Below, one piece after another: positions 38,802 to 49,150 of a stretch of 64,000 bases of DNA. The position numbers were made by a program, and so were the translations under genes. Below the pieces are notes generated by a model, which made no database searches, was not told where the DNA came from, and worked only from the letters and a program-made list of their open reading frames with translations. Each line of letters starts with the position of its first letter. Within the stretch, counting starts at the first letter, position 1. The DNA comes from a virus (taxonomy: Duplodnaviria > Heunggongvirae > Uroviricota > Caudoviricetes). The DNA lies in IMG/VR virus record IMGVR_UViG_3300021399_000137, positions 5,938 to 69,937 of that record; one strand, written 5' to 3'.

Positions 38802-39362
38802 TCATAGTCTACGTAATGTTGTATAAATTATTTCTGCTAAAATAGCATCTTTTATTAGTGGTACAGGTTTAAAGTTTTTGTCTACTTTAACTGGTTCTTG
38901 ATATATACCTAATTTACATAATTCATTTATTATAATATTAGTATAATCACCAAACATGCTGTATTTATCACAAATTTCAAATATTATAGGTAAATCAATC
39001 TCATATTTATCTCTAATAGAGTCATTGTTATAAAATATTTTACCTTCCCAGTAGTTATCCATCGTAATGCTTTCATATCTTTGCCACATTTGACTAGTAA
39101 TAGTATCTAAGTCTATATGATTTTCTTTGTTATGATGATACATATAGTTAGTCATAGCATTCCTTACACCAGTATATATAAATGTTCTCAAGTTTTTTGA
39201 TGGGTCATAATTACCTGCTGCTAACAATTCATATGCTTTTAAATAACCTTCTTGTTTTAAATCCATTTCTAACTCTGGGTCTCTAATATAATAAAAATGT
39301 ATTCTAAAGACTACTGTTACTACATTATGTATCATTGACTCTACACTACTGGAATTATTCAC
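38802..39362 (-). CDS. Putative late-transcription sigma factor (T4 gp55-like)
   Basis: 186 aa. LKAYELLAAGNYDPSKNLRTFIYTGVRNAMTNYMYHHNKE parallels the gp55 sigma region-2-like segment (N.h..AY....c.NAf...i.k..K) as I recall it. Confidence 0.45.
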   Translation of the reverse strand: MNNSSSVESMIHNVVTVVFRIHFYYIRDPELEMDLKQEGYLKAYELLAAGNYDPSKNLRTFIYTGVRNAMTNYMYHHNKENHIDLDTITSQMWQRYESITMDNYWEGKIFYNNDSIRDKYEIDLPIIFEICDKYSMFGDYTNIIINELCKLGIYQEPVKVDKNFKPVPLIKDAILAEIIYTTLRRL

Positions 39363-39366
39363 ACAA

Positions 39367-40401
39367 TCACCTCCTAGTACTAGAGATATTCTTCACTAAT
39401 ATATACATTGCTATTTGAAATCTTTTATCTGAAGTAAACATCTCATATATTTTTTTATCATTTAATATATCTATTAAACTAAAAATTCTGTCGTTATAAT
39501 ATTTTATTATTGTTTGTAAATAGATATTGTCTGTTGTTTTTATTTTCAATCCTACTTTTATTATATCTAAAACAGTTTGTTCATAATCATGTTTTAAAAT
39601 ATATAGAGGAAAGCTTAATAAAGCTTCTATTATCTTTTCAATGAGTATTTTATCTCCTTTTATTATAGCAATTATTAATTTGTAATATAATTCTTTTGAA
39701 GATTGGTTTAATTTTTTAAATTGTTCATCACCTAATATTATATATTGGTCTAATAACATATGAGCATCTCTAACATGACCTTTACATCTATCTATAATAA
39801 TTTCTATAATATCATTTGATACTTCTATTTGTTTTTTAGATATTATATCTAAAAGATTATTTTTTAAATCTTCATTATTTATTAAATCAAATCTAAGTTT
39901 TAAACTTCTACTTCTAATAGTAGGTAATATTTTATCTATATGTGTAGTACAAAGAACAAAGAATATTGCTGAGTTAGACTCTTCTAATATCTTCAATAAA
40001 GCCGATTGAGCTTGTGGTGTCATTAGCTGAGCTTCATCTAACACTATTACCTTATGACCTAAAGTCCTATCAAAATAAAAAGTCTCTTTTAATTCTTTAA
40101 TATCTGAAACATTACCAGTCATTGCAGAGTCAAATTCGTCATAATATAAAGTATTTTCTATATTAGCTTTACAAGACTCACATATTCCACAAGCATCTCC
40201 ATCAGGAGTTTTATTCTTACAATTTAAAGCCTTAGCAAATATTCTAGCACAAGTAGTTTTGCCTGTACCATATTCTCCTTGTAGTATGATAGACTTAGGA
40301 GCTGTGTCTGGGTTTTTAACTATAGATTGTAATAGACTTTTAACTAAATCTTGCCCAGCAACATCTTTAAATTGTTGAGGTCTAAATTCCTGTGTAATCA
40401 T
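39367..40401 (-). CDS. Clamp-loader ATPase (DnaX/gp44-like AAA+)
   Basis: Walker A GEYGTGKTT, zinc module CGICESC, Walker B VIVLDEAQ, sensor TIRSRS. Confidence 0.75.
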   Translation of the reverse strand: MITQEFRPQQFKDVAGQDLVKSLLQSIVKNPDTAPKSIILQGEYGTGKTTCARIFAKALNCKNKTPDGDACGICESCKANIENTLYYDEFDSAMTGNVSDIKELKETFYFDRTLGHKVIVLDEAQLMTPQAQSALLKILEESNSAIFFVLCTTHIDKILPTIRSRSLKLRFDLINNEDLKNNLLDIISKKQIEVSNDIIEIIIDRCKGHVRDAHMLLDQYIILGDEQFKKLNQSSKELYYKLIIAIIKGDKILIEKIIEALLSFPLYILKHDYEQTVLDIIKVGLKIKTTDNIYLQTIIKYYNDRIFSLIDILNDKKIYEMFTSDKRFQIAMYILVKNISSTRR

Positions 40402-40402
40402 A

Positions 40403-40711
40403 CTAACTCCTTTCCATCATCTCAATAAACTCATTTATACTCAATATAATATTATATCTTTCTAAAGTATAAAATACATTTTGGTTATTTAAATATTGTA
40501 ATGTTATAATTTGATAATAATATTCATCTAAATCTTTTATTTTAGTACCACTTAATATAGCTTCTAAATAATCTGTAGTTGTAGGTTTTACAAATCTCTT
40601 ATCTAATAAATAATATCTAACTTTATATTTTTGTTCGTCCTTAGTTATTTCTTTTTCTCTAGAAAAATGTAACAGACTATTAATATAAAGATAAAAATGA
40701 CTCATAATCAC
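40403..40711 (-). CDS. Hypothetical protein (possible clamp-loader accessory)
   Basis: ORF tightly following the clamp-loader gene. Confidence 0.3.
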   Translation of the reverse strand: MIMSHFYLYINSLLHFSREKEITKDEQKYKVRYYLLDKRFVKPTTTDYLEAILSGTKIKDLDEYYYQIITLQYLNNQNVFYTLERYNIILSINEFIEMMERS

Positions 40712-41087
40712 TTTCTCCTATAGCTGATAATACTAAATCTCTATCTACTTTACCTTCTGCACCTAAATATATTGTGTTAGGTAAATTAATTTTAACATCT
40801 TTATTATAGCTAACTATTAGCCAATCAGAGTCATTAAATGTTGTAATTTTAGCGTAATTAATATAATTCATATTAATTATATCTTCTACAGATTCATTAA
40901 AATAAAATTGGGAAGCAGTAGCAGCTTCTATTATCTTAAAATCTTTATCTAGTTCTTCATCATTATCATATTCAAGTTTTACTGAAGTTGTTGTCATATA
41001 TAATTGAATAATGTTATTATTCTTTTGAACTAATACCAAATCTTTAATTTTAAATATCATATCTTTAATTTTAAAAAATCTTATCAT
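40680..41087 (-). CDS. Hypothetical protein
   Basis: ORF in the replication module. Confidence 0.3.
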   Translation of the reverse strand: MIRFFKIKDMIFKIKDLVLVQKNNNIIQLYMTTTSVKLEYDNDEELDKDFKIIEAATASQFYFNESVEDIINMNYINYAKITTFNDSDWLIVSYNKDVKINLPNTIYLGAEGKVDRDLVLSAIGESDYESFLSLY

Positions 41088-41116
41088 ATTTGTACACCTC
41101 TTTATATAATATTATG

Positions 41117-41803
41117 CTATAAATTAAATAATTCAATTTGAGTTGTATAGTCTAAAATTATCTCTTCAAACTTTGTATGGTTTGTAATATCTAGAGTCAC
41201 TAATTCACCGGCATCCTTAAGTTTTATATCGTGTTTTAATTCTGAAATTTTACATCCTTTTAATTGATATTTAGCATAATTTTGTCCTTTTCTACCTGCA
41301 TCATCATTATCCAGCATTAATATAAATTTATTAGTTAAACCTTTTAATAATTCAACTTGATTTCTAGATAGATGACTAGTCATAATACCTAAAGTATTAG
41401 GGTATATAGTAGCCATCATATCTCTATCTAAATGACCTTCAGTTAATAAAATAGTATCTCCATATTTAAAATCTTTTGAAAGATTTCCTAGCCCATAAAA
41501 GGTCGACTTCATACTGCCAACCTTCATAAATTCCTTATTAGTATTAATACTTCTAAATACTATATTGATTACTTTATCTGCTATTATATTAGCCATCATT
41601 ATAGCTTCTCCATGATATGACATAAACTGTACTAAATATTGAGGTATTTCTAAATTTCTACCTCTCACAAATAATTCACCTGAAGTTATAAGTCTATAAT
41701 TATCTGGTTTATATTTATAAGCATAATGAATATATGAAAACTTACTATCTTCTATTATAGGTCTTCCTAAATTAAATATAGCTTTTAAATTATCATAATT
41801 CAT
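41117..41803 (-). CDS. Toprim-domain protein (primase-like)
   Basis: Toprim motifs LTEGHLD and LMLDNDDAGRKG. Confidence 0.5.
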   Translation of the reverse strand: MNYDNLKAIFNLGRPIIEDSKFSYIHYAYKYKPDNYRLITSGELFVRGRNLEIPQYLVQFMSYHGEAIMMANIIADKVINIVFRSINTNKEFMKVGSMKSTFYGLGNLSKDFKYGDTILLTEGHLDRDMMATIYPNTLGIMTSHLSRNQVELLKGLTNKFILMLDNDDAGRKGQNYAKYQLKGCKISELKHDIKLKDAGELVTLDITNHTKFEEIILDYTTQIELFNL

Positions 41804-41806
41804 TAT

Positions 41807-42958
41807 TTATTCTCCTTTATAAAATGGATTTTTATAACAAGATTTACTTAAATCTTCATAAAATACATCTTTAGTTTTAAATTGATGTGTGTCAGTGTCA
41901 ATTAAAGTAAATGCAGTAACAGTAGTTCTAATTCCATTTGGTTTCTTTTCATTATTTATTGTTTCAGGTCTAAGATTAAATCTTTTTAAGATTATAATTT
42001 CACCATTATAACCGAATTCTCTTAATATTTCTCTTAGTCTATTATTAACAATTTCTATTAAACTTTTATTAAATACCTTCATATAACTTTTCTCTAATGA
42101 TGGCTTAATTCTAAAATATGGGGTTTTAATTACTTTATTATCACATAATAAATAAATTTTATGCTCATTTTTCTCTCTTAATCTTAAACCTTGATTTTTA
42201 CTTTCAATAATACTTCCATTACTAGACTTATATATTTTACTGCATTCTTTTTGTTCTACTAAATCTATATCATGATTAATCTCATCTAATAGTTTTTTAT
42301 CATATTCATTTTTTGTAAAGTCTTCTATTGTTTGAATAGATAAATACTTGTCATTGTTAATCATAGAATATCTTTTAAAATCTCTATAATAAATATATGT
42401 GTTTTTTAAAGCATTACATTTATTATATTCACTATCAAAAATAAAGTTATCGTCTTCAAATATAGTACTTCCAAGATTAGTAAGAATATCTGAATATTTA
42501 CTATCTTCAGAAAATAAATCATTTGTAAATAATCCGAATTCCTTTATATAAAATAAAGATTTACTCTTTTTTCCACTACCAGTATTAACTATTCCATATA
42601 AGTAATGTATTTTACCGTTATTTATATTTATTAAATCTTCATCTGTTAAATATAAAACGATATCAGAATTAATATATTTAACAGATTTATTTCTAATTGT
42701 TTTAATTCTAATATATACTCTATAATTATTTTTCTCTTCTTTTTGTATAGTAACAATTTCCATTTTTAAATAGGCACACTTATGTATAAAACCACTTGTA
42801 TTTATGCTCATCTTAGGAAAATTTTTAATTAAATACGTTCCATTAATATTATTTTCTTTACAATATGTAAGATATTCACTAAATTTAGTATTATATTGTT
42901 GTAATTGTGCTTTAGTATTAGTTAATAAATAAGGTTTATCAAAATTACTTTTATTCAT
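41807..42958 (-). CDS. Hypothetical N/K-rich protein
   Basis: 383-aa ORF upstream of the Toprim gene. Confidence 0.3.
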   Translation of the reverse strand: MNKSNFDKPYLLTNTKAQLQQYNTKFSEYLTYCKENNINGTYLIKNFPKMSINTSGFIHKCAYLKMEIVTIQKEEKNNYRVYIRIKTIRNKSVKYINSDIVLYLTDEDLININNGKIHYLYGIVNTGSGKKSKSLFYIKEFGLFTNDLFSEDSKYSDILTNLGSTIFEDDNFIFDSEYNKCNALKNTYIYYRDFKRYSMINNDKYLSIQTIEDFTKNEYDKKLLDEINHDIDLVEQKECSKIYKSSNGSIIESKNQGLRLREKNEHKIYLLCDNKVIKTPYFRIKPSLEKSYMKVFNKSLIEIVNNRLREILREFGYNGEIIILKRFNLRPETINNEKKPNGIRTTVTAFTLIDTDTHQFKTKDVFYEDLSKSCYKNPFYKGE

Positions 42959-43000
42959 AGTTAAATTCTCCTAAATAGTTAAATTATATTTTATATTATG

Positions 43001-44185
43001 TTAGTTGTCATAAATCATTAAAAATGCTCTAATAAAATCTGTTTTTATAGTAACTCCTAAATCATCTAATGCTATATCTATATTCTGTGAATTAGAAAAT
43101 GCACTTAATAGTCTCTTTAATATTATAGCATTTAAGGTAATTTCTTTACCGAACAATCTACCTTGTGCTAATTTCTCAATAGAAAAATTAAAATTAGAAG
43201 TTCCTCTATTATTTATTATATTCAAATTTAATTTATCACTAGTATACTTCATAGATATTGTATTATTAATTCCTGGTAAATTAGTAGCTAAATTTATAAC
43301 TCTATATAATTTATCATATTGTATTGATATTTCAGGCTCTTTTATAAGTTTATTCATTTCATCTATCACCAAGTTCATCTCAGAAGCTCTTGAATTTATA
43401 AACTGATATTCTATATTGTTCATAATTATTCTATATCTAGATAGTGACGTATCTACGCTGAATAATATTATTTTACTATCTTTATAATATTTATATAGTC
43501 TACTAATAAACTCCACATCTCTAAAAGATAAACACATTTCAGGAGTTTTAATATCTCCATCTATATAATAGAATGATGATTTAAAATACATTTTATTTCC
43601 AGTAAAATATAATTTTTTAAAATCATTTATAGTTTCAGATGATATTAATGGTAATATAGAATAACATGCTTTACCAAAAGTTGATAAACTTAGTTCAGCA
43701 ACTTTATCTTTAACATCTCCGGGCATAAGAACAATGTCTTTTCTTACAGGTCTAGCATCTATTAATAAATCTCCATCTAATAGTCTAATATAAAATTTAC
43801 CTTCTCTATTATATATTAAAACTTTATTTCCCATAAGTCTTACTATTTTCTGTAATATTGCTAATGATATAGAAAATGGTTCTTCTATACATTTAGTTAA
43901 ATCTCCAATTAACTCTGCTTCATATCTAAAATGAGACAATTCATTTGTTACATAAAAATTTAATGTATATAACGATTTAATAAAAGATATAGAGCTATAT
44001 TCAGATATATCTGACTTAACTAAAATAATCTTGCTACATAAATTAATTACTCTTACTAAATCATCTCTCTTAAATATTAAATGGGGATAATCTACCGATA
44101 AATCTATAGATTTATCATTATCAACTATTAGTTCATCATCTAAAATATTATTAAATTCTAATGATACGCTTAATTCTTCATCCAT
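43001..44185 (-). CDS. Hypothetical protein (possible DnaN-like sliding clamp)
   Basis: 394 aa, size and location near the clamp loader. Only weak pattern similarity to beta-clamp N-terminal domains. Confidence 0.25.
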   Translation of the reverse strand: MDEELSVSLEFNNILDDELIVDNDKSIDLSVDYPHLIFKRDDLVRVINLCSKIILVKSDISEYSSISFIKSLYTLNFYVTNELSHFRYEAELIGDLTKCIEEPFSISLAILQKIVRLMGNKVLIYNREGKFYIRLLDGDLLIDARPVRKDIVLMPGDVKDKVAELSLSTFGKACYSILPLISSETINDFKKLYFTGNKMYFKSSFYYIDGDIKTPEMCLSFRDVEFISRLYKYYKDSKIILFSVDTSLSRYRIIMNNIEYQFINSRASEMNLVIDEMNKLIKEPEISIQYDKLYRVINLATNLPGINNTISMKYTSDKLNLNIINNRGTSNFNFSIEKLAQGRLFGKEITLNAIILKRLLSAFSNSQNIDIALDDLGVTIKTDFIRAFLMIYDN

Positions 44186-45006
44186 AGGTTCTCCATATCT
44201 TTCCTTTCATAATTATTAAGTAGTCTTAACAACTCAAAATATTCCTCTTCAGTATATTCTTTTAACGTAACATCCATGAAAAAATGTTTATCAAACCAGT
44301 CATTAATCTTTGTTAGTTTATTATCTTCTTTTTCTGATATATCTCGTTTTGTACAAAAAGCAACATTTAAACCAGGACTCCAATATTTTTCATTATATAC
44401 ATAAGCTCTTACATTTTTCAGCCTTTTAAATTTAAATTTTATTAAAGCTATAATCATTTTCTTACGATATTTCTTTACTATTTTATTTTTATAATGCAAA
44501 TAATATGATGATATATAATATTTTAAAGCTTTAAAATAAGAGACGTCGTCATAAAAACTCCATCCAGACCAATCTGCTTTATAAAAACTTTTTATTTTAT
44601 TTTTTCTTAATGCTTTTAACATAAGTTCTGTCTCTGTTAGCCACCATTTATATTCTTGACTTTTATCATCGTTAGTTTCAATATATCGTTCTATAGGTAG
44701 ACAGAAAGATGACCTACTAGGTTTAAATTTATCTATATTAATTGTAGGTTGAGTAAATAATATTAATTTACTTTCTTGATAAGACTTATCATAATAATTT
44801 AAATCAACATTATTAGACATCCATATACCAAAAGTAAAATCTGGAATTTCTTTAATTTTAAATGTACAAATAGAGTCTTCACCATATTCTATTATAAAAT
44901 ACCCATTTCCATATCTCCTTCTTATACAATGAATATAAAATTCCTTCTCTATAGTATTTAAAAAATCTTCTATAAATTCTTTATTAGTTTTTAATTTATC
45001 TTCCAT
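44170..45006 (-). CDS. Hypothetical protein
   Basis: 278-aa ORF. Confidence 0.3.
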   Translation of the reverse strand: MEDKLKTNKEFIEDFLNTIEKEFYIHCIRRRYGNGYFIIEYGEDSICTFKIKEIPDFTFGIWMSNNVDLNYYDKSYQESKLILFTQPTINIDKFKPSRSSFCLPIERYIETNDDKSQEYKWWLTETELMLKALRKNKIKSFYKADWSGWSFYDDVSYFKALKYYISSYYLHYKNKIVKKYRKKMIIALIKFKFKRLKNVRAYVYNEKYWSPGLNVAFCTKRDISEKEDNKLTKINDWFDKHFFMDVTLKEYTEEEYFELLRLLNNYERKDMENLWMKN

Positions 45007-45032
45007 AATCTATCCTCTCTAATAAAATAATA

Positions 45033-45056
45033 AAGGTCAAGCATTAAGCTTGACCT
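45033..45056 (-). terminator. Rho-independent terminator after the HU gene
   Basis: GGTCAAGC-TTAA-GCTTGACC hairpin followed by a minus-strand T-rich run. Confidence 0.55.
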
Positions 45057-45070
45057 TATTCATATTAGTC

Positions 45071-45343
45071 TTAGTTTAATGCATCTTTAAAACCTTTACC
45101 TGGTTTGAATTTAGGTGCAATTTTAGCTGGAATGCTAATAGTTTCTCCAGTATGTGGATTTCTTCCAGATTTAGCTGCTTTATGAACTGCTTCAAAAGAA
45201 CCAAATCCTACTAGAGATACTTTATCATCAGCCTTCAATGCTTCAATAACTACATCTTGAAAAGCTGCAATTGCTAAACTAGCATCTTTTTTAGATATAT
45301 TAGCTTTAGTTGCAACTGCTTCTATAAATTCTCCTTTATTCAT
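45071..45343 (-). CDS. hup: HU/IHF-family histone-like DNA-binding protein
   Basis: MNKGEFIEAVA...SLVGFGSFEAVHKAAKSGRNPHTGETISIPAKIAPKFKPGK matches HU along its full length. Confidence 0.85.
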   Translation of the reverse strand: MNKGEFIEAVATKANISKKDASLAIAAFQDVVIEALKADDKVSLVGFGSFEAVHKAAKSGRNPHTGETISIPAKIAPKFKPGKGFKDALN

Positions 45344-45380
45344 AACTATAACTCCTTTCTATAAAATATATAATTAATAT

Positions 45381-45887
45381 CTAACTAAAATGAGTACTAG
45401 TCCACTCAAAACCGTAGTTATCTGTAGTATAATATGCCATACCACATGAATTAAATTTAGAATGAAATTCTTTAGCATTCTCTTTGGCAGTAGTTGCTAA
45501 ACTTTCTAACTCATCTATAGTTAAATATCTATTATATTCATCTGTAATATCAAAATCATCCTTATACTTATTATAAAATTCCTTAAATTCATTAAAATTA
45601 CTATAATATTCAGTTGACTCAAATGAAGGACACCATCCAAAAGATAATTTACAAATATGTATTTCAGGTATTTCAAAATTATATATTAATCTACAATCTA
45701 TATTATCTACATCTTGAATATCTAAAGCTTCTTTATATATTTTATGATTTTTACTTGCTTCATCTATTAATTCTTTAATTGATTTACAATAATTATCTCT
45801 AATTTCATTTAATAGTCTTAGTGTAATCTTATTAATTTCACTTACTTTATCAAATCCTTTAGGAGTTAAATAATAATTTGTTCCCAT
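45381..45887 (-). CDS. Hypothetical protein
   Basis: 168-aa ORF. Confidence 0.3.
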   Translation of the reverse strand: MGTNYYLTPKGFDKVSEINKITLRLLNEIRDNYCKSIKELIDEASKNHKIYKEALDIQDVDNIDCRLIYNFEIPEIHICKLSFGWCPSFESTEYYSNFNEFKEFYNKYKDDFDITDEYNRYLTIDELESLATTAKENAKEFHSKFNSCGMAYYTTDNYGFEWTSTHFS

Positions 45888-45889
45888 AA

Positions 45890-46141
45890 TTAATCTTCTT
45901 TCTTTTCTTCATTTTCAAATAATAATTGGGTCTTTTCTGTATCTCCTTTAACATACTGTAATTCGCTAATCTTAGTATGAATATTAATCATTTCAGTTTT
46001 TAAGTCTTCAATCATATTATTACAAACATCAAGGTCATCATTTAAATCTTCTAATTCATCAACTACCTTCAAATACTTTTTAATTAATACTACACAAATT
46101 AAACATAATATAACCAATAAAAACATAATAATTTTAGTCAT
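45890..46141 (-). CDS. Small membrane protein with C-terminal coiled coil
   Basis: N-terminal TM helix IIMFLLVILCLICVVLI. Confidence 0.35.
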   Translation of the reverse strand: MTKIIMFLLVILCLICVVLIKKYLKVVDELEDLNDDLDVCNNMIEDLKTEMINIHTKISELQYVKGDTEKTQLLFENEEKKED

Positions 46142-46152
46142 AATAAAATCTC

Positions 46153-46485
46153 CTAACTTATAAAATTCATTTTTGCTGAAATAGGTTTCTCTATTATTTC
46201 TTTAGGCTTTCCTAAATAAAAACATACTGCATATGGAGCATATAAATCATCTGATATTTTTCTAAGCTCTTCCTTAGCTGGTTGTAATAATATATAATCT
46301 TCTATAGTTGGATAATCCTCTGGATATTTCTCAATAAAATTTTCATATATTATTTTACCATCTATCTTATCATATATTCTTATTAAATCTTTATGAGGAA
46401 ATAACTCAAAATCTATTCCACAAAATCTATATTTATTATTTTTATATATGCTATCTAACTTATCTTTAATTAACATCTTGTTCAA
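46153..46485 (-). CDS. Hypothetical protein
   Basis: 110-aa ORF. Confidence 0.3.
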   Translation of the reverse strand: MNKMLIKDKLDSIYKNNKYRFCGIDFELFPHKDLIRIYDKIDGKIIYENFIEKYPEDYPTIEDYILLQPAKEELRKISDDLYAPYAVCFYLGKPKEIIEKPISAKMNFIS

Positions 46486-47437
46486 CCTTTCTATAAATAC
46501 CTAAAGCTTCACAATGTTCTATTAATATTTTCTTTATATCCGGATATAATTCTTTAAATTTAATTTTTGCAGTTTCTTCATTCTCATCTAAGAAATCATA
46601 AAAATCTGGATTTTTCTTTACAATTAATTGGTCAATAAGACTATTTAAATCAATATCATCATTTGCTTGACTTTTATTATATAAGACCTTATCTAAAAAT
46701 ACCTCTGTTCCTGGTTTAGATGGTATTTCTACTTCTGACCATTCTAGTTTTTCAGTATCAAATAAAGCAACATTAATCTTTCTATAAATATTACACGTTT
46801 TTGAAGTTCCTCTAGTCAAAGCTCCAGGTCTAACTACACAATAACTCTTTTCTTTTATTGTAGGATATGGCGTATGGTCATGACCTAAAACGTATGCATG
46901 ATAGCCTAAATTAATACATTTGTCTTTAGTTAAATTTTCATTTCCTATACCACCAAATTTTTCATTTTCATAAAAACAATGACCAACCATTATACTATAT
47001 TTACTATTTGGAATAGCTGGAATAAAATCTTTACCAAAATCTATACCTTTAATATAAACATTATCTATAACAATATCATCTAAATGTGTTATAATATTTC
47101 CTAAAAAAGCTTTAAATAGTTTAGTAACTTTAAAATCTTTTTCATTATTAAAATACATATCATGATTTCCTATAATAGAATATACTCCTATTCCATCATC
47201 TCTCATTTCTTTAAGAGTAATCCAAATTTCTGACTCTAGCTCATCATTAATACCTGTGTTATTATCATAAACGTCTCCTAAAAAGATTACATTGCTTATT
47301 CCTTGTTCTCTACATATAGATTGCACACTTTTAATTTTACCAATTATTACTTCTCTATATTGCTCAGGTGTTTCTTTTCTACTAGCAGGAGCTATACCTT
47401 TAATATGTACATCTCCTACAAACATTATTTTACTCAT
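46466..47437 (-). CDS. Mre11/SbcD-family nuclease (gp47-like)
   Basis: Calcineurin-like phosphoesterase motifs GDVH, GDVYD, GNHD, GHDH in the canonical order. Confidence 0.8.
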   Translation of the reverse strand: MSKIMFVGDVHIKGIAPASRKETPEQYREVIIGKIKSVQSICREQGISNVIFLGDVYDNNTGINDELESEIWITLKEMRDDGIGVYSIIGNHDMYFNNEKDFKVTKLFKAFLGNIITHLDDIVIDNVYIKGIDFGKDFIPAIPNSKYSIMVGHCFYENEKFGGIGNENLTKDKCINLGYHAYVLGHDHTPYPTIKEKSYCVVRPGALTRGTSKTCNIYRKINVALFDTEKLEWSEVEIPSKPGTEVFLDKVLYNKSQANDDIDLNSLIDQLIVKKNPDFYDFLDENEETAKIKFKELYPDIKKILIEHCEALGIYRKVEQDVN

Positions 47438-47512
47438 ATGAACTCCTTTACTTTAATATTACAAACTTATCTATGACAACAATTATTACATATCTTATCT
47501 ATAATTAACACA

Positions 47513-47800
47513 TTAAATCTCCTTTATTTTATCAATTTCTCTAAACTGAAGTTCATCTTCAGGAATATCTTCTTTAACAATTACTACATTACTTTCTCCA
47601 TACATAGTATTTACTTTTACTACTTGACCTTCTTTTAAATTCTTTTTAGTCTTATATTCATAAATTTTACTTGAAAATCTCTTACCTCCATAAGATACAT
47701 TCTTATTTTCAAAGATTACTCCTACATAATGAAAATCATCATTAATTACTTCTGATTGATTATTAATTTCAACATTTGATATTTTAGCTTCATTTTCCAT
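47513..47800 (-). CDS. Hypothetical protein
   Basis: 95-aa ORF. Confidence 0.3.
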   Translation of the reverse strand: MENEAKISNVEINNQSEVINDDFHYVGVIFENKNVSYGGKRFSSKIYEYKTKKNLKEGQVVKVNTMYGESNVVIVKEDIPEDELQFREIDKIKEI

Positions 47801-47974
47801 AGTTATTTAACCTACCTTTTCATACATATTTAATTTTTGTTCTAAGATTTTAATTTCAAAATCTTTTTCTTCTAATTTGTGTTTTAAACAAATTTTATCT
47901 TTAAGTAGACTAGCTATAATTTCTGCTGGGTCCACTCCTCTAAAATCCATTTTATATCACTCCTTTATATAATA

Positions 47975-48868
47975 TTATGACTCTAATTCTTTAATATAAT
48001 TATAAAACTGATATAAACCATAATCTTGACATACTTTTTCATAAGAATTAAAGTCTGATTTTGGAATTATATCAAAATTTATAACTTTAAGTTTCATCAA
48101 TTTAAAGTTATTTAAATATACATTCCAATTCTCTACTAGTTGCTTTAACCATTTTTCATGTGATTTCTTTTTAATATCATAATCCATTAAATTATTGTGT
48201 TCATATAAATAATCTACTAAATCTAGTATTAAATCTTTAGGCATTCTTTTTACAGGTGTTTCCAGATTATCTGATGAGTCACCTTTAAATGCTCTATAAT
48301 AAGGTAACTTTTCTGGAGCTACTGGGAACTTCTCAGTGTATTCTGGTGAACCTATTTTTATCTCTTCATTACCTTTTAAAGTAACTTTATGTATTATAGA
48401 AATATTTTCATCTAAAGATTGCAACAAGTCTTTATCAGATGAAAATATATAACATTTTATCCCAAACTTACTACATATCTTAGCTCCACTAAACATTATA
48501 TCGTCTGCTTCAAAGTTATCAGCTCTTAATGTGTGAAAATGAGAAAGATTAGAAATTAAATCTCTAATCTTAGGAAAATCTTTCCAAAAAGCTGTTTCAC
48601 TAGAATGTTCTCTTTGACCTTTATAATTTTCATTTAAAGCACTTCTCCAATTACATGGAGAGTCTTCACATAAAAACACTTCATAATTTAATTTATCTAA
48701 TGTTCTTAAATTTTGACATAGGCCAAATAAATGACCGTTTGGTAATCCTTGCGGAGATTTAAATTTATCAGGTGTAAATACATAATAAGCTCTATATAAA
48801 AGATTATTTAAATCTACAAATACAGGTATTCTATCAGTATTCTTTATAATTTCTATAAATTCATCCAT
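47975..48868 (-). CDS. 5'-3' exonuclease / flap endonuclease (T4 RNase H-like, PIN/FEN fold)
   Basis: VDLNNLLYRAYY, EADD, SSDKDLLQ, GDSSDN acidic clusters typical of FEN-family nucleases. Confidence 0.7.
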   Translation of the reverse strand: MDEFIEIIKNTDRIPVFVDLNNLLYRAYYVFTPDKFKSPQGLPNGHLFGLCQNLRTLDKLNYEVFLCEDSPCNWRSALNENYKGQREHSSETAFWKDFPKIRDLISNLSHFHTLRADNFEADDIMFSGAKICSKFGIKCYIFSSDKDLLQSLDENISIIHKVTLKGNEEIKIGSPEYTEKFPVAPEKLPYYRAFKGDSSDNLETPVKRMPKDLILDLVDYLYEHNNLMDYDIKKKSHEKWLKQLVENWNVYLNNFKLMKLKVINFDIIPKSDFNSYEKVCQDYGLYQFYNYIKELES

Positions 48869-49150
48869 TTAATTTTCTCCTCTATATTCTTCTAATATAG
48901 CATATAAGATTTCTTGTCTAGTATCTTCTTTTATAGGAAATGCTATGTTTCTTCCTTTGTCATCATTTGGGAATTTTAAATATTCTCCTTTAACACCAGT
49001 CATTAATCTTATTCCTTTAATAACAACGCTATAATCAATTACTAAATCTATTGTTGCTAAAAAATTTCTATCTAATGGATGTTCTTTTCTATAATTATCA
49101 TCTATTTTAGTCATGTCTATTTTAGTTATAATCATTTTAATAACCTCCAA
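48869..49150 (-). CDS. Divergent SpoVG-like protein (second paralog)
   Basis: LATIDLVIDYSVVIKGIRLMTGVKGEYLKFP...RNIAFPI...RQEILYAILEEY follows the SpoVG pattern A.A.I..D..F.I..IR...G..G.F..MP...R.IA.PI...R..I...VL.EY. Confidence 0.45.
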   Translation of the reverse strand: MEVIKMIITKIDMTKIDDNYRKEHPLDRNFLATIDLVIDYSVVIKGIRLMTGVKGEYLKFPNDDKGRNIAFPIKEDTRQEILYAILEEYRGEN

